A stretch of DNA of 64,000 bases from Vicinamibacterales bacterium (lineage in GTDB: Bacteria; Acidobacteriota; Vicinamibacteria; Vicinamibacterales; UBA2999). The stretch lies in assembly GCA_050250645.1 (NCBI GenBank), contig JBFWOG010000018.1, positions 138 through 64,137 of the forward strand. The letters run 5' to 3'. Below, piece after piece: positions 47,440 through 55,671 of this stretch (positions are counted from its first letter, which is position 1; each line of letters begins with the position of its first letter). A program made the position numbers and the translations under genes. The notes beneath the pieces were generated by a model. That model made no database searches. It saw only the letters and a list, made by a program, of their open reading frames with translations, and was not told where the DNA came from.

Positions 47440-48015
47440 ATGACCCTGAAACAGCGCCTCGGCGGCCTCGCGTCCGGCGTCACGAGCCTGCTCGGCGCGC
47501 TCGGCCGGCGCGCCGGCCGCACGGAGGTGCAGCCGATGTCCGCCTCGCTCTATTCCCTCGCCGTGCCGGCCCTCGACGGCAGCCCGGTGGACCTCGCGCG
47601 CTTCGCCGGCCAGGTGACGCTCGTCGTCAACGTCGCCAGCCAGTGCGGCTACACCCCGCAGTACGGGGGGCTGCAGGCGCTGCACGACGCGCTGGCGCCG
47701 CAGGGCTTCGCGGTCCTCGGCTTCCCCAGCAACGACTTCGGCCGGCAGGAGCCGGGCGACGCGGGCGAGATCCGGACGTTCTGCGAGACCGCGTTCGGCG
47801 TCCGCTTCCCGCTCTTCGCGAAGGTCGTCACGCGGCCGGGCGACCAGCAGTCGCCCGTCTACCGCCTGCTCGGCGAGTCGGGACACCTGCCCGCCTGGAA
47901 CTTCGCCAAGTACCTCGTCGGCCGGGACGGGCAGGTGCGGGCGTTCTTCCCGAGCCAGGTCGCGCCGGAAGCCAGGGAACTCCGCGAGGCGATCGAGGCG
48001 GCCCTGGCGACCTAG
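47440..48015 (+). CDS. Cys-type glutathione peroxidase
   Basis: VVNVASQCGYTPQY, GFPSNDFGRQEPG, FPLFAK and WNFAKYLV motifs; the active-site codon is TGC. Confidence 0.92.
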   Translation: MTLKQRLGGLASGVTSLLGALGRRAGRTEVQPMSASLYSLAVPALDGSPVDLARFAGQVTLVVNVASQCGYTPQYGGLQALHDALAPQGFAVLGFPSNDFGRQEPGDAGEIRTFCETAFGVRFPLFAKVVTRPGDQQSPVYRLLGESGHLPAWNFAKYLVGRDGQVRAFFPSQVAPEARELREAIEAALAT

Positions 48016-49589
48016 TGCGCGGGTGAGCTGGCGGGCGGCCGGGACGCCGCGTGGTCCAGGGCCTCGCGGATCGCGATGAGCAGCAGCGCCGGGCCGTAGG
48101 GCTTGCGCAGGAGGGCGTGGGGGCCGGGCGGGGGCGAACCGGCGGCCTCGCCGTCGTAGCCGCTGGTCATCACGATGGCGGCGCCAGGCACGGCGCGCCG
48201 CAGGTGGGCCGCGACCGCGCGGCCGTTCTTCTTCGGCATCATCACGTCGATGAGGGCGGCATCGAGGGGCCCGCGGTGCCCGTCGATGAGCGCGCAGGCC
48301 TCGTCGCCGTCCCGCGCGACGAGCACGCGGTACCCCGCGCGTTCGAGCACCTCGAGGGCCAGCGCTCGCACGAGTTCCTCGTCCTCGACGAGCAGCACGG
48401 TCTCGCCATGGCCGCGGGGGGCGCGCTGCGGACGCGCGACCGGCACGGTCTCGCGCTCCGCCACCGCCGGCAGCCAGACATGGAACGCCGCGCCGGCGCC
48501 CGGGGCGGTCTCCAGTTCGACCACGCCGCCGTGCTGCTCGACGATCGCCCACGCGGTGGCGAGCCCGAGGCCCGTGCCCTTGCCCCGGGGCTTGGTCGTG
48601 AAGAAGGGCTCGAAGATGCGCGACCGGATGTCCTCCGGGATGCCCGGGCCGTTGTCGCGAACCGTCAGCCGCCCCCAGCGGCCGGGCCGGCCCGCGGGCG
48701 CGCCGCCGTCGCAGGTCGTCTCGATGCGGATCAGCCCGCCGTCGCCCAGCGCGTCCCGCGCGTTGACGCACAGGTTCAGGAGCACCTGCTCCACCTGCCC
48801 CGGGTCGCCATCGACGCAGCAGGGGCCGCCGGCCGCGTGCAGTTCCAGGTCGATGTGGGGGCCGATGACCCGCCGGATCATCTGCACCATCTCGGTGACC
48901 GTCCGGCACAGGTCGAACACCCGGCACTCCGCCGGCTCCCGACGGCTGAACAGCAGCAGTTGCCGCGTCAGTGCGCTCGCGCGCTCGGCCGCGCGCGCCG
49001 CCTCGTCCAGCCGCCGCCGCGCGGGGTGCGGGTCGGGCAGGTCGCCCCGCGCCAGGTCGACGAAGCCGGTGATGGCCTGCAGCAGGTTGTTGAAGTCGTG
49101 CGCCACGCCGCCCGCCAGCTGTCCGATGGCTTCCATGCGCTGCGCCTGCCGCACGCGGGCCTCGAGCGCCTGCCGGGACGCGTCGGCCTGCCGGGCGCCG
49201 GTGACGTCCCTGAACACCAGCAGCGCGCCGTCGATGCCGTCGGGACCGTCCAGCGGACGGGCCGTCACGGAGAACCAGCGGTCCGGCGCGTCGGGCGCGA
49301 GCCGCACGGCGACAACCTCGTCGTCGAGCGCCTGCCCCGACAGCGCGCGGACGCTCGGCAGCGCCGAGAGCGGCATCAGGGCCCCGTCGGCCGCGCGGAA
49401 CTCCATGCCGGGCGCGGGCGAGAGCCGGCCGGGGACGAGGTCGAGGAGCCGGGCCGCGGCGGGGTTGTGGAGGACGATCCGGTTGTCGCGGTCCATCACC
49501 GTGACGCCGTCCGCCATGTTCCAGAGCACGGCCCTCAACAGCTCGAGCGGCGCCATCGACAGCGAGGCCACGCCCTCGTCGCCGGACAC
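48012..49589 (-). CDS. Cytoplasmic PAS hybrid histidine kinase (PAS-HisKA-HATPase-REC), catalytically intact
   Basis: AGGVAHDFNNLL, EQVLLNLCVNARDA, VRDNGPGI, IFEPFFTTK..GKGTGLGLA; REC EDE/D/S/K. Start could be 49556 or 49613. Confidence 0.92.
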   Translation of the reverse strand: MSGDEGVASLSMAPLELLRAVLWNMADGVTVMDRDNRIVLHNPAAARLLDLVPGRLSPAPGMEFRAADGALMPLSALPSVRALSGQALDDEVVAVRLAPDAPDRWFSVTARPLDGPDGIDGALLVFRDVTGARQADASRQALEARVRQAQRMEAIGQLAGGVAHDFNNLLQAITGFVDLARGDLPDPHPARRRLDEAARAAERASALTRQLLLFSRREPAECRVFDLCRTVTEMVQMIRRVIGPHIDLELHAAGGPCCVDGDPGQVEQVLLNLCVNARDALGDGGLIRIETTCDGGAPAGRPGRWGRLTVRDNGPGIPEDIRSRIFEPFFTTKPRGKGTGLGLATAWAIVEQHGGVVELETAPGAGAAFHVWLPAVAERETVPVARPQRAPRGHGETVLLVEDEELVRALALEVLERAGYRVLVARDGDEACALIDGHRGPLDAALIDVMMPKKNGRAVAAHLRRAVPGAAIVMTSGYDGEAAGSPPPGPHALLRKPYGPALLLIAIREALDHAASRPPASSPAH

Positions 49590-49639
49590 GGGCTGCTGGA
49601 CCTGCCGCTCCACCGGCGCCGGGCGCCCGGCGGCGCGAC

Positions 49640-49957
49640 CTACCACTGGCCGCCCTCGAGCAGCGCTTCGAGCCCTCGCCGCAGTTCGGCCAGTTCGCGG
49701 CTCTTGAACGACGACCGTGTCCGCTCGAGCACCGCGATGGTGTGCTTGATGGCGGCCCCGTACGCGCGCGACCGCGAGCAGCCGGTCGTGGCGCAGAGGT
49801 CGACCCCGGCCACCGGACCGTCGGCCAGGCACGCGCCGAGGGCCCGGAGCCGCTCGGACAGGGCGTCCACCTGGCTGGCGAGGTCCTCGACGACGTCGGG
49901 AGCGGTCAACGCCGGCGAGTGGGACGCACCCCGACCGGGGACGGGCTCGGTTGCCAT
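49640..49957 (-). CDS. Small hypothetical helical protein with CxxxxC (105 aa)
   Basis: GAGGA RBS before ATG 49957; C-terminal AIKHTIAVLERTRSSFKSRELAELRRGLEALL looks like an amphipathic helix pair. Confidence 0.75.
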   Translation of the reverse strand: MATEPVPGRGASHSPALTAPDVVEDLASQVDALSERLRALGACLADGPVAGVDLCATTGCSRSRAYGAAIKHTIAVLERTRSSFKSRELAELRRGLEALLEGGQW

Positions 49958-50015
49958 GTCCTCATGATCGGCCGGCCCGGCCAGGCCGGCAATTGGCGGA
50001 TCCCTGATCCGGGGT

Positions 50016-50027
50016 AGGGAATTCCCT
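50016..50027. promoter_or_regulatory. 12-bp palindrome AGGGAATTCCCT, candidate operator
   Basis: Perfect AT-centred palindrome about 60 nt upstream of the small gene, just after the NarL-type regulator. Confidence 0.5.
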
Positions 50028-50064
50028 GAGACGGGACCGCGCGGGCAGGCCGACCGGCGCGGCG

Positions 50065-50703
50065 TCAGTCGTTTGCGATGAGTCCCGCCCGGATCGCCAG
50101 GCGCACCAGTCCCGGGATGTCGTGAATCTGGAGGCGCTCCATCAGCTGCCGGCGGTGGGTCTCGACGGTCTTGGCGCTCAGGGCCAGCCGGAAGGCGATC
50201 TCCTTGGTCGAGTGTCCCTCGGCGATCATCTGGAGAATCTCCCGCTGGCGAGGCGTGAGCTGGTCGACGGGCGACTCGGCCCCGGTGCCGACGAGTCCGT
50301 CCACCACCTGGCTGGCCACGGCCGGACTCAGGAAGCGCTCGCCGCGCATCACCGCATGGATCGCGAGCGGGAGCTCGTCCACGGCGGCCTCCTTGAGCAG
50401 GTAGCTGGCGACCCCCACGGTGAGCGCACGGCGCACGTAGGCCGCCCCGCTGTGCATGGACAGCACGATGACCCGCACGCCAGGGTGCTCCGCCAGGATC
50501 GTGGCGGCGGCGTCGAGGCCGCTCACGCCCGGCATCGAGATGTCCATCAGCACGATGTCGGGCCGGTGCGACGCCGCGAGGGCCACCGCGTCCTGCCCCG
50601 TGCCGGCCTCGGCCACGACCGTCACGTCCTCGATGGTCTCCAGCAGCGCGCGCAGGCCGGCGCGCACGAGCGTATGGTCGTCGACGAGCAGGATCCGGAT
50701 CAT
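50065..50703 (-). CDS. NarL/LuxR-family response regulator
   Basis: ILLVDDH, LMDISMP.., LSMH, YLLK; LTPRQREILQMIAEG.STKEIA..L.LSAKTVETHR HTH. Confidence 0.96.
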   Translation of the reverse strand: MIRILLVDDHTLVRAGLRALLETIEDVTVVAEAGTGQDAVALAASHRPDIVLMDISMPGVSGLDAAATILAEHPGVRVIVLSMHSGAAYVRRALTVGVASYLLKEAAVDELPLAIHAVMRGERFLSPAVASQVVDGLVGTGAESPVDQLTPRQREILQMIAEGHSTKEIAFRLALSAKTVETHRRQLMERLQIHDIPGLVRLAIRAGLIAND

Positions 50704-52883
50704 CGAACCATGTCTCCAGGCAGGTCGAGGGTGAGCCGCGTGCCGTGTTCGGGGGCAGAGTCCAGCTGGAGGCGCGCGCCGATCTCCAGGGCGCGCTCGC
50801 GCATCCCGGCAAGCCCGACGTGCGCGCCACGGGCCGAGCTCTCCGTCGCCGCGGCCACGTCGAAGCCCTTGCCGTCATCGGCCAGCACGACCCGCATGCC
50901 GGCGCCGTCGAGCGCCACCTCGAGCGCCAGGCGGCTGGCGCCGGCGTGGCGGATGGCATTGGTCAGCGCCTCCTGCACGATGCGGTAACAGGCGGTCTCG
51001 ACGTCCGCGGGCAGGCGGGAGGGGACCAGGGTGGGGTCGACCGACACGGCGAGCCCCGCGCGCCGCCCCTCGCGGTCGACGAGCTCGGCCAGCGCCGCGG
51101 CAAGGCCGTGCTGGTCGAGCGCGGATGGCCGCAGGTGACGAGACAACGCCTGCGTCTTCTCGACGACGCCGTCGAGCAGGCGGTCCGCGTCGGCGAGGTG
51201 CGGCGCGAGGTCGGTGACCGTCGCGCGCTTCGCCGCGACCTGGAGCGTCAGCTTGATCGCGGTCAGCTGCTGGCCGACGTCGTCGTGCAGCTCGTGCGCG
51301 ACGCGGCGGCGCTCCGCCCACTCGGCGACCTGCAGCCGGCCGGTGACCGAGTCACACGCCTCCACCTCGCGGCCGAGGTCGGCGACGAGCGCGATGCCCT
51401 CGGCCAGTTCGGCCTCGAGCGCCCGTGTCAACGTGTCGATGACGAGGATCAGGCCGGCGCCGAAGCCGGCGAACAACACCACCCCCCGCAGCACGACGCC
51501 GGAGGAGTCGGCCATGCCGAGCCCCGCCGGCTCCCACGCGAAGGCCAGGCGGGTCAGCGTGACCAGGAAGTACCCGGCCGTCGTGAGGGCCACGACACCC
51601 ACGGCCGTCCCGCGGCCGAAGGCAAACCGCGCGGCGACGGCCGAGGCCAGCCAGAGCGTCGCGGTCATCCCATTCGGGCCGAGGACGCCCAGGTAGCCCA
51701 CCCCGCTCAGGAGGAGGAGCGCGAGGAACGTCCACGCCCGCGGGCCCGGCCACCGCAGCGGAATCGCCAGGGTCCCGAGGGTCAACGCCGCCCACGCCAG
51801 CCACGGCACGTGGGCCGGCGCCGCCGCGCGCGTCGCGCCGGACGCCAGGGCGGCCCAGAACAGGACGCCGGCGACCACGACCGCGGCGACCCGGTGGAAG
51901 CGCCGGAAGGCCTCCTGCCGTACCTCCCGGGGCACGCCGGGTCCGCTGGCCGCCGCCGTCACCGGCGCCGCGGGCGCCTGCGTCCAGGCCGCCCCGAGCA
52001 GCGCCGCCTCGGCCACCGACCGGCCGTCGTCGGCCTGTCCGGACGCCACGGGGGGCGGTTCGCGCCGCAGGTCGCGCGAGAGGGCGCGGACCAGCTCGAT
52101 CAGGTCATCGATGAGGACGAAGACGCGGCCGAGCATGGCGCCCGGCGCCTCGCTGCCGGTACCGGCCAGGCGCAGCGCGCGCCTGACGTCCTCGACCCGC
52201 GCGCCGATCTCGACCCGGAGCACCTCCGACAGGCGGCGCCGCTCCACCTCCTGCTGCGCGGCCAGGCGACGCCCCAGCGCGTGGCGGGTCACGATCTGGC
52301 GGCGGCGGTCCTCGGCCACCTGTGCGCGCTCGTGGATGCTGCGACCGAGTTCGCCGAGCGCCATGTCGGCGCCCGCGACGAGCGCAGACGTCCAAATCAG
52401 GTGGCTGAACATGACGCGCCAGGCGATGCTCGGGCCGGAGGAGGCCCACGGGGCCGGCGGCGTCCACCCGGCGGCGCGCAGGTACGCGATCCCGAGCATG
52501 GCGGCGACGGCCAGCCCGAGCACGAGGTAACCGGCACGGCCCCCGCCCACGATCGAGGCGAGCACGACCAGGGCCAGGGCGGTGAGGAAGGTCACCGGCT
52601 GGAGTCCCTCCACGCCGACGTCGAGGGCGAGGATGGCCGTGAACACGCCGAAGACCAGCGCGGCGCGGAGCCACCGGGGCCATGTCTCGCGCAGGGTGCC
52701 GAGCGCGAGCACACCGACAAGGAGCCAGAAGGCGATCAGCGGCCGGGGTTGGCCGGCGTTGACGGCCATCCCCGTCGCGAACAGGACGGGGACGATGATG
52801 ACCATCATGACGATCCGCAGCGTGTACGCGGCGGAGCGCCATCGCCAGTCAGTGCCCGGGAAGCCGTCGGGGGAAGGCCGCAT
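50700..52883 (-). CDS. Membrane HisKA_3 sensor kinase with an internal duplication (degenerate first DHp, intact second DHp)
   Basis: Unit 1: TMs plus ERRRLSEVLRVEIG. Unit 2: TMs plus ERRRVAHELHDDVGQ. Then YRIVQEALTNA.RHA, DDGKGF and GLAGMRERA; ATGA overlap with the regulator. Confidence 0.88.
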   Translation of the reverse strand: MRPSPDGFPGTDWRWRSAAYTLRIVMMVIIVPVLFATGMAVNAGQPRPLIAFWLLVGVLALGTLRETWPRWLRAALVFGVFTAILALDVGVEGLQPVTFLTALALVVLASIVGGGRAGYLVLGLAVAAMLGIAYLRAAGWTPPAPWASSGPSIAWRVMFSHLIWTSALVAGADMALGELGRSIHERAQVAEDRRRQIVTRHALGRRLAAQQEVERRRLSEVLRVEIGARVEDVRRALRLAGTGSEAPGAMLGRVFVLIDDLIELVRALSRDLRREPPPVASGQADDGRSVAEAALLGAAWTQAPAAPVTAAASGPGVPREVRQEAFRRFHRVAAVVVAGVLFWAALASGATRAAAPAHVPWLAWAALTLGTLAIPLRWPGPRAWTFLALLLLSGVGYLGVLGPNGMTATLWLASAVAARFAFGRGTAVGVVALTTAGYFLVTLTRLAFAWEPAGLGMADSSGVVLRGVVLFAGFGAGLILVIDTLTRALEAELAEGIALVADLGREVEACDSVTGRLQVAEWAERRRVAHELHDDVGQQLTAIKLTLQVAAKRATVTDLAPHLADADRLLDGVVEKTQALSRHLRPSALDQHGLAAALAELVDREGRRAGLAVSVDPTLVPSRLPADVETACYRIVQEALTNAIRHAGASRLALEVALDGAGMRVVLADDGKGFDVAAATESSARGAHVGLAGMRERALEIGARLQLDSAPEHGTRLTLDLPGDMVR

Positions 52884-53163
52884 GGGGGGCCCCCAATCTT
52901 ACCGCCGGCCACGCGCTCCCGGCGCGGGAACGGCGGCTGGCCCAGCCCGGGTGTCCCGGGCCGTCAATTGGCCCGGATGCCGGAGCAGGTGCCCGGAGGG
53001 GAGCGTGCCGAAGACGACAAGAGGCGCAGGGACCGCGGCATGTGCCGCGCGTCCGTGCGCCTCTGACGGGTGGGCCCGGCGCCCGCCGCCCGGCGGGGCT
53101 GCTCACCGTGCAGCCCAACGTCCAGTCAGGTATGAAATCGGCCGGCGTGGACCGAACTTGAAC

Positions 53164-54168
53164 TCAGGCCGCGGCGGATCGCGCGACCGGCGCCACCGCC
53201 CCGCACAGGCGGCGCGGGCGGCCATCCGCGTCCCTGGCCGCGGCGCCAGTCACCACGAACGGCTCGTACGTGCCTGTCGCGCACAGCAGCCGCACCTCGC
53301 AACGCAGCGACGGGGCCCTGCCGGCCAGGTGCGCCGTGATGACCCGCTGCAGCAGCTCCCGGTCGGCGGGGTGCGCCAGCGCCGCGAGCGCGGAAGGCGT
53401 CGCCGCGGGCTGCCCCTCCCCGAGGGCCAGCAGCGCGGCGAGTTCGGGCGACCACGAGATCCGGTTCAGTTCGAAATCCCAGTCGAATCGCGCGACGGCC
53501 AGCGCCTGCCCGACGAGCCGCAGTTCCTCCTCGCACCGCGCCAGCCGCGCCGCCACCTCGCGGCGGCACGTGACGTCGTCGATGACGATGAGGTGGCCGG
53601 TCAGCTCTCCACTCGCCGCGTGGATCGGCGTGATGGATGCGCGTACCCACCGGGACTCACCCGTTGGGCGGCGCAATCGGTACTCGTCTGACTGGTGCTC
53701 GCAGAACGCGACCATCAGGGACCACGATTCCTGCACCCGCGCGCGATCCGGTGGGTCCAGCACCTGCCGCCAGCCGTCACCCGCGGACTCCTCCCCGGTG
53801 AGCCCCGTCAGGGCGCACCAGAGCGCGTTCACGGCGACAACGCGGCCGCCCGCGTCGGCCAGGCCGGCGGCCACGGGCATGGCGTGCAGCAGTTCGAGAC
53901 CGCGCGCCGCGCAGGCGGTGGGCACCGGACGCGTGCGCTCGGCCCCGTCGGCCGGCGCCGGCCGGCGCGTCGCCCAGGCCGCCATCGAGAGCGCGACGCC
54001 CAACGACAGGCCGGCCAACCCGGCCATGGGGCCGGACGTCCACGGCAGGAGGGCCATTTCCCCGGATGCGGGCAGCGCCGCACCAGCGCCAACCGCGAGC
54101 GTCGCCGCCGGAACCACGGCCAGGCCGGCGAGCCAGATTACGGACCGGGACGGAAGGCTGGGACCCAC
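53164..54168 (-). CDS. Membrane-anchored double-PAS protein with no output domain
   Basis: Two hydrophobic segments, then PAS (VNALWCALTG..GDGW..VLDPPDR..EYRLRRPTGESRWV) and PAS_3-like (WSPEL..AHPADRE..CEVRL) domains. Start uncertain. Confidence 0.7.
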   Translation of the reverse strand: MGPSLPSRSVIWLAGLAVVPAATLAVGAGAALPASGEMALLPWTSGPMAGLAGLSLGVALSMAAWATRRPAPADGAERTRPVPTACAARGLELLHAMPVAAGLADAGGRVVAVNALWCALTGLTGEESAGDGWRQVLDPPDRARVQESWSLMVAFCEHQSDEYRLRRPTGESRWVRASITPIHAASGELTGHLIVIDDVTCRREVAARLARCEEELRLVGQALAVARFDWDFELNRISWSPELAALLALGEGQPAATPSALAALAHPADRELLQRVITAHLAGRAPSLRCEVRLLCATGTYEPFVVTGAAARDADGRPRRLCGAVAPVARSAAA

Positions 54169-54338
54169 GGTGCCGTGATGAGCAAGACACCTGCCATGCG
54201 CCGCGCGTGGCCGAGCCGGACCGAACAGACCCCCATCGGGCACGATCCGGGACAGCAGGCGACCGCGGCCACACGGCAGGCGGCGCGACGAGGCGCTTTG
54301 GCGGCACCGGGCTGCCGGATTGCCGCGTCTCAAATAGG

Positions 54339-55637
54339 CTACATGCCCGGCTGCTTGTAGATGCGCCCGTCCTTCATCACGAGGCCGACGCGGCGAAGCG
54401 CGGAGAGATCGGTCGTGGGGTCGCCGTCGACGCTGATGAGGTCGGCAATCTTGCCGGCCGCCACGCTGCCCAGCCGGTCGTCGAGGCCGAACAGGCGCGC
54501 GTTGACCGAGGTCGCCGCCTTGACGGCGTCCATCGGCGAGAGGCCCGCCGCCACCAGCAGCTCGAGCTCGCGGACGTTGTCGCCGTGCGTGAACACGCCG
54601 ACGTCGCCGCCAAAGCAGATCGTGACCCCGGCCGCGACGGCGGCCTTGAACGTCTCGCGCTTCGCGCCGAGGCGCGCGGGTTCGGGGTCGACGCCCTTCT
54701 TCCACCCCGCGTACTGCGCGGTGGCGTCCCCGGCCGCCAGCGTCGGGCAGTAGCCGACACCATGCTCGGCCATGAGGCGCCAGACCTCGGGCGTGCCCTC
54801 GTCGCCGTGCTCGATGGTCCGCACGCCGGCCAGCACCGCGCGGCGCATGCCCTCGGGTGTCGACGCGTGCGCCACGACGTACCGGCCGCTGCTCGACGCG
54901 ACCTCGACGATGCGATTGAGTTCGTCCTGGGTGAAGGTCGGCGCGGCGGTCCCGCGGGCGCCCCACCGGTAGTCCGCGTACACCTTGATCAGGTCGACGC
55001 CGTGCCCGATCTGCTCGCGCGCGACGCGCGTGACGCCGTCGAGGCCGCTCGCCTCCTGCGCGCCCTGCGGCACGTCCCACTCGGGAGCGAAGCCCTTGGG
55101 GCCGTAGCTGCCGGTGGCCACCATCGCCGGACCGGCGACGAGCATCCGGGGACCCGGCACCACGCCATCGGCGATGGCCTGGCGCAGGCCGACGTCGGCG
55201 TAGCCCGCGCCTTCGGTCCCGAGGTCGCGCACCGTGGTGATGCCGGCCATCAGGGTGTCGCGCGCGCTGACCACGGCGCGGGCGACGCGGTAGGCCAGCG
55301 GTTCCTTCAGGACCTGGTCGTTCCAGGGCGTCTCGTCGTAGGGGTGCAGCAGGAGATGGGAATGTCCCTCGATGAGGCCGGGCATGACCGTCTGGCCCGC
55401 CAGCCTGACCGCGCGCGCGCCGGCCGGCGCGGTCACCGAGGCGGCAGGGCCAGCGGCTTCGATGCGCCCGTCGCGCACGAGCACGACCCAGCCCTGGTGC
55501 ATCGCGGTGCCGTCGAACACGCGGTCCGGCTGCAGCAGCACCGCGGCGCCAGGCGCCGGTGCAGGGGCCTGCGCCGCCCCGGGCACGCCGAGGAGCGTGG
55601 CGGCGACGGCGGTCAGGAAGATGTGTCGGATGGCCAT
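54339..55637 (-). CDS. Secreted amidohydrolase_1 family protein (Xaa-Pro dipeptidase-like)
   Basis: Signal peptide; PGLIEGHSHL, TTVRDLG, DLIKVYAD, VAHA, TIEHG, GGDVG, GKIADL; TATACT 7 nt before ATG 55637. Confidence 0.9.
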   Translation of the reverse strand: MAIRHIFLTAVAATLLGVPGAAQAPAPAPGAAVLLQPDRVFDGTAMHQGWVVLVRDGRIEAAGPAASVTAPAGARAVRLAGQTVMPGLIEGHSHLLLHPYDETPWNDQVLKEPLAYRVARAVVSARDTLMAGITTVRDLGTEGAGYADVGLRQAIADGVVPGPRMLVAGPAMVATGSYGPKGFAPEWDVPQGAQEASGLDGVTRVAREQIGHGVDLIKVYADYRWGARGTAAPTFTQDELNRIVEVASSSGRYVVAHASTPEGMRRAVLAGVRTIEHGDEGTPEVWRLMAEHGVGYCPTLAAGDATAQYAGWKKGVDPEPARLGAKRETFKAAVAAGVTICFGGDVGVFTHGDNVRELELLVAAGLSPMDAVKAATSVNARLFGLDDRLGSVAAGKIADLISVDGDPTTDLSALRRVGLVMKDGRIYKQPGM

Positions 55638-55671
55638 GCGGAAAAGTATACGCCGGGCCTCCGACCGCCCT

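Noticed and set aside
38684-48015. The two glutathione peroxidases as selenoproteins
   Set aside because: Both active-site codons are TGC, and neither gene has an in-frame TGA.
54138-54197. Short ATG ORF (MAGVLLITAPWVPAFRPGP) suggesting a frameshifted start of the PAS protein
   Set aside because: An in-frame GTG at 54168 already gives a coherent N-terminal hydrophobic segment, and I have no homolog evidence for a frameshift.
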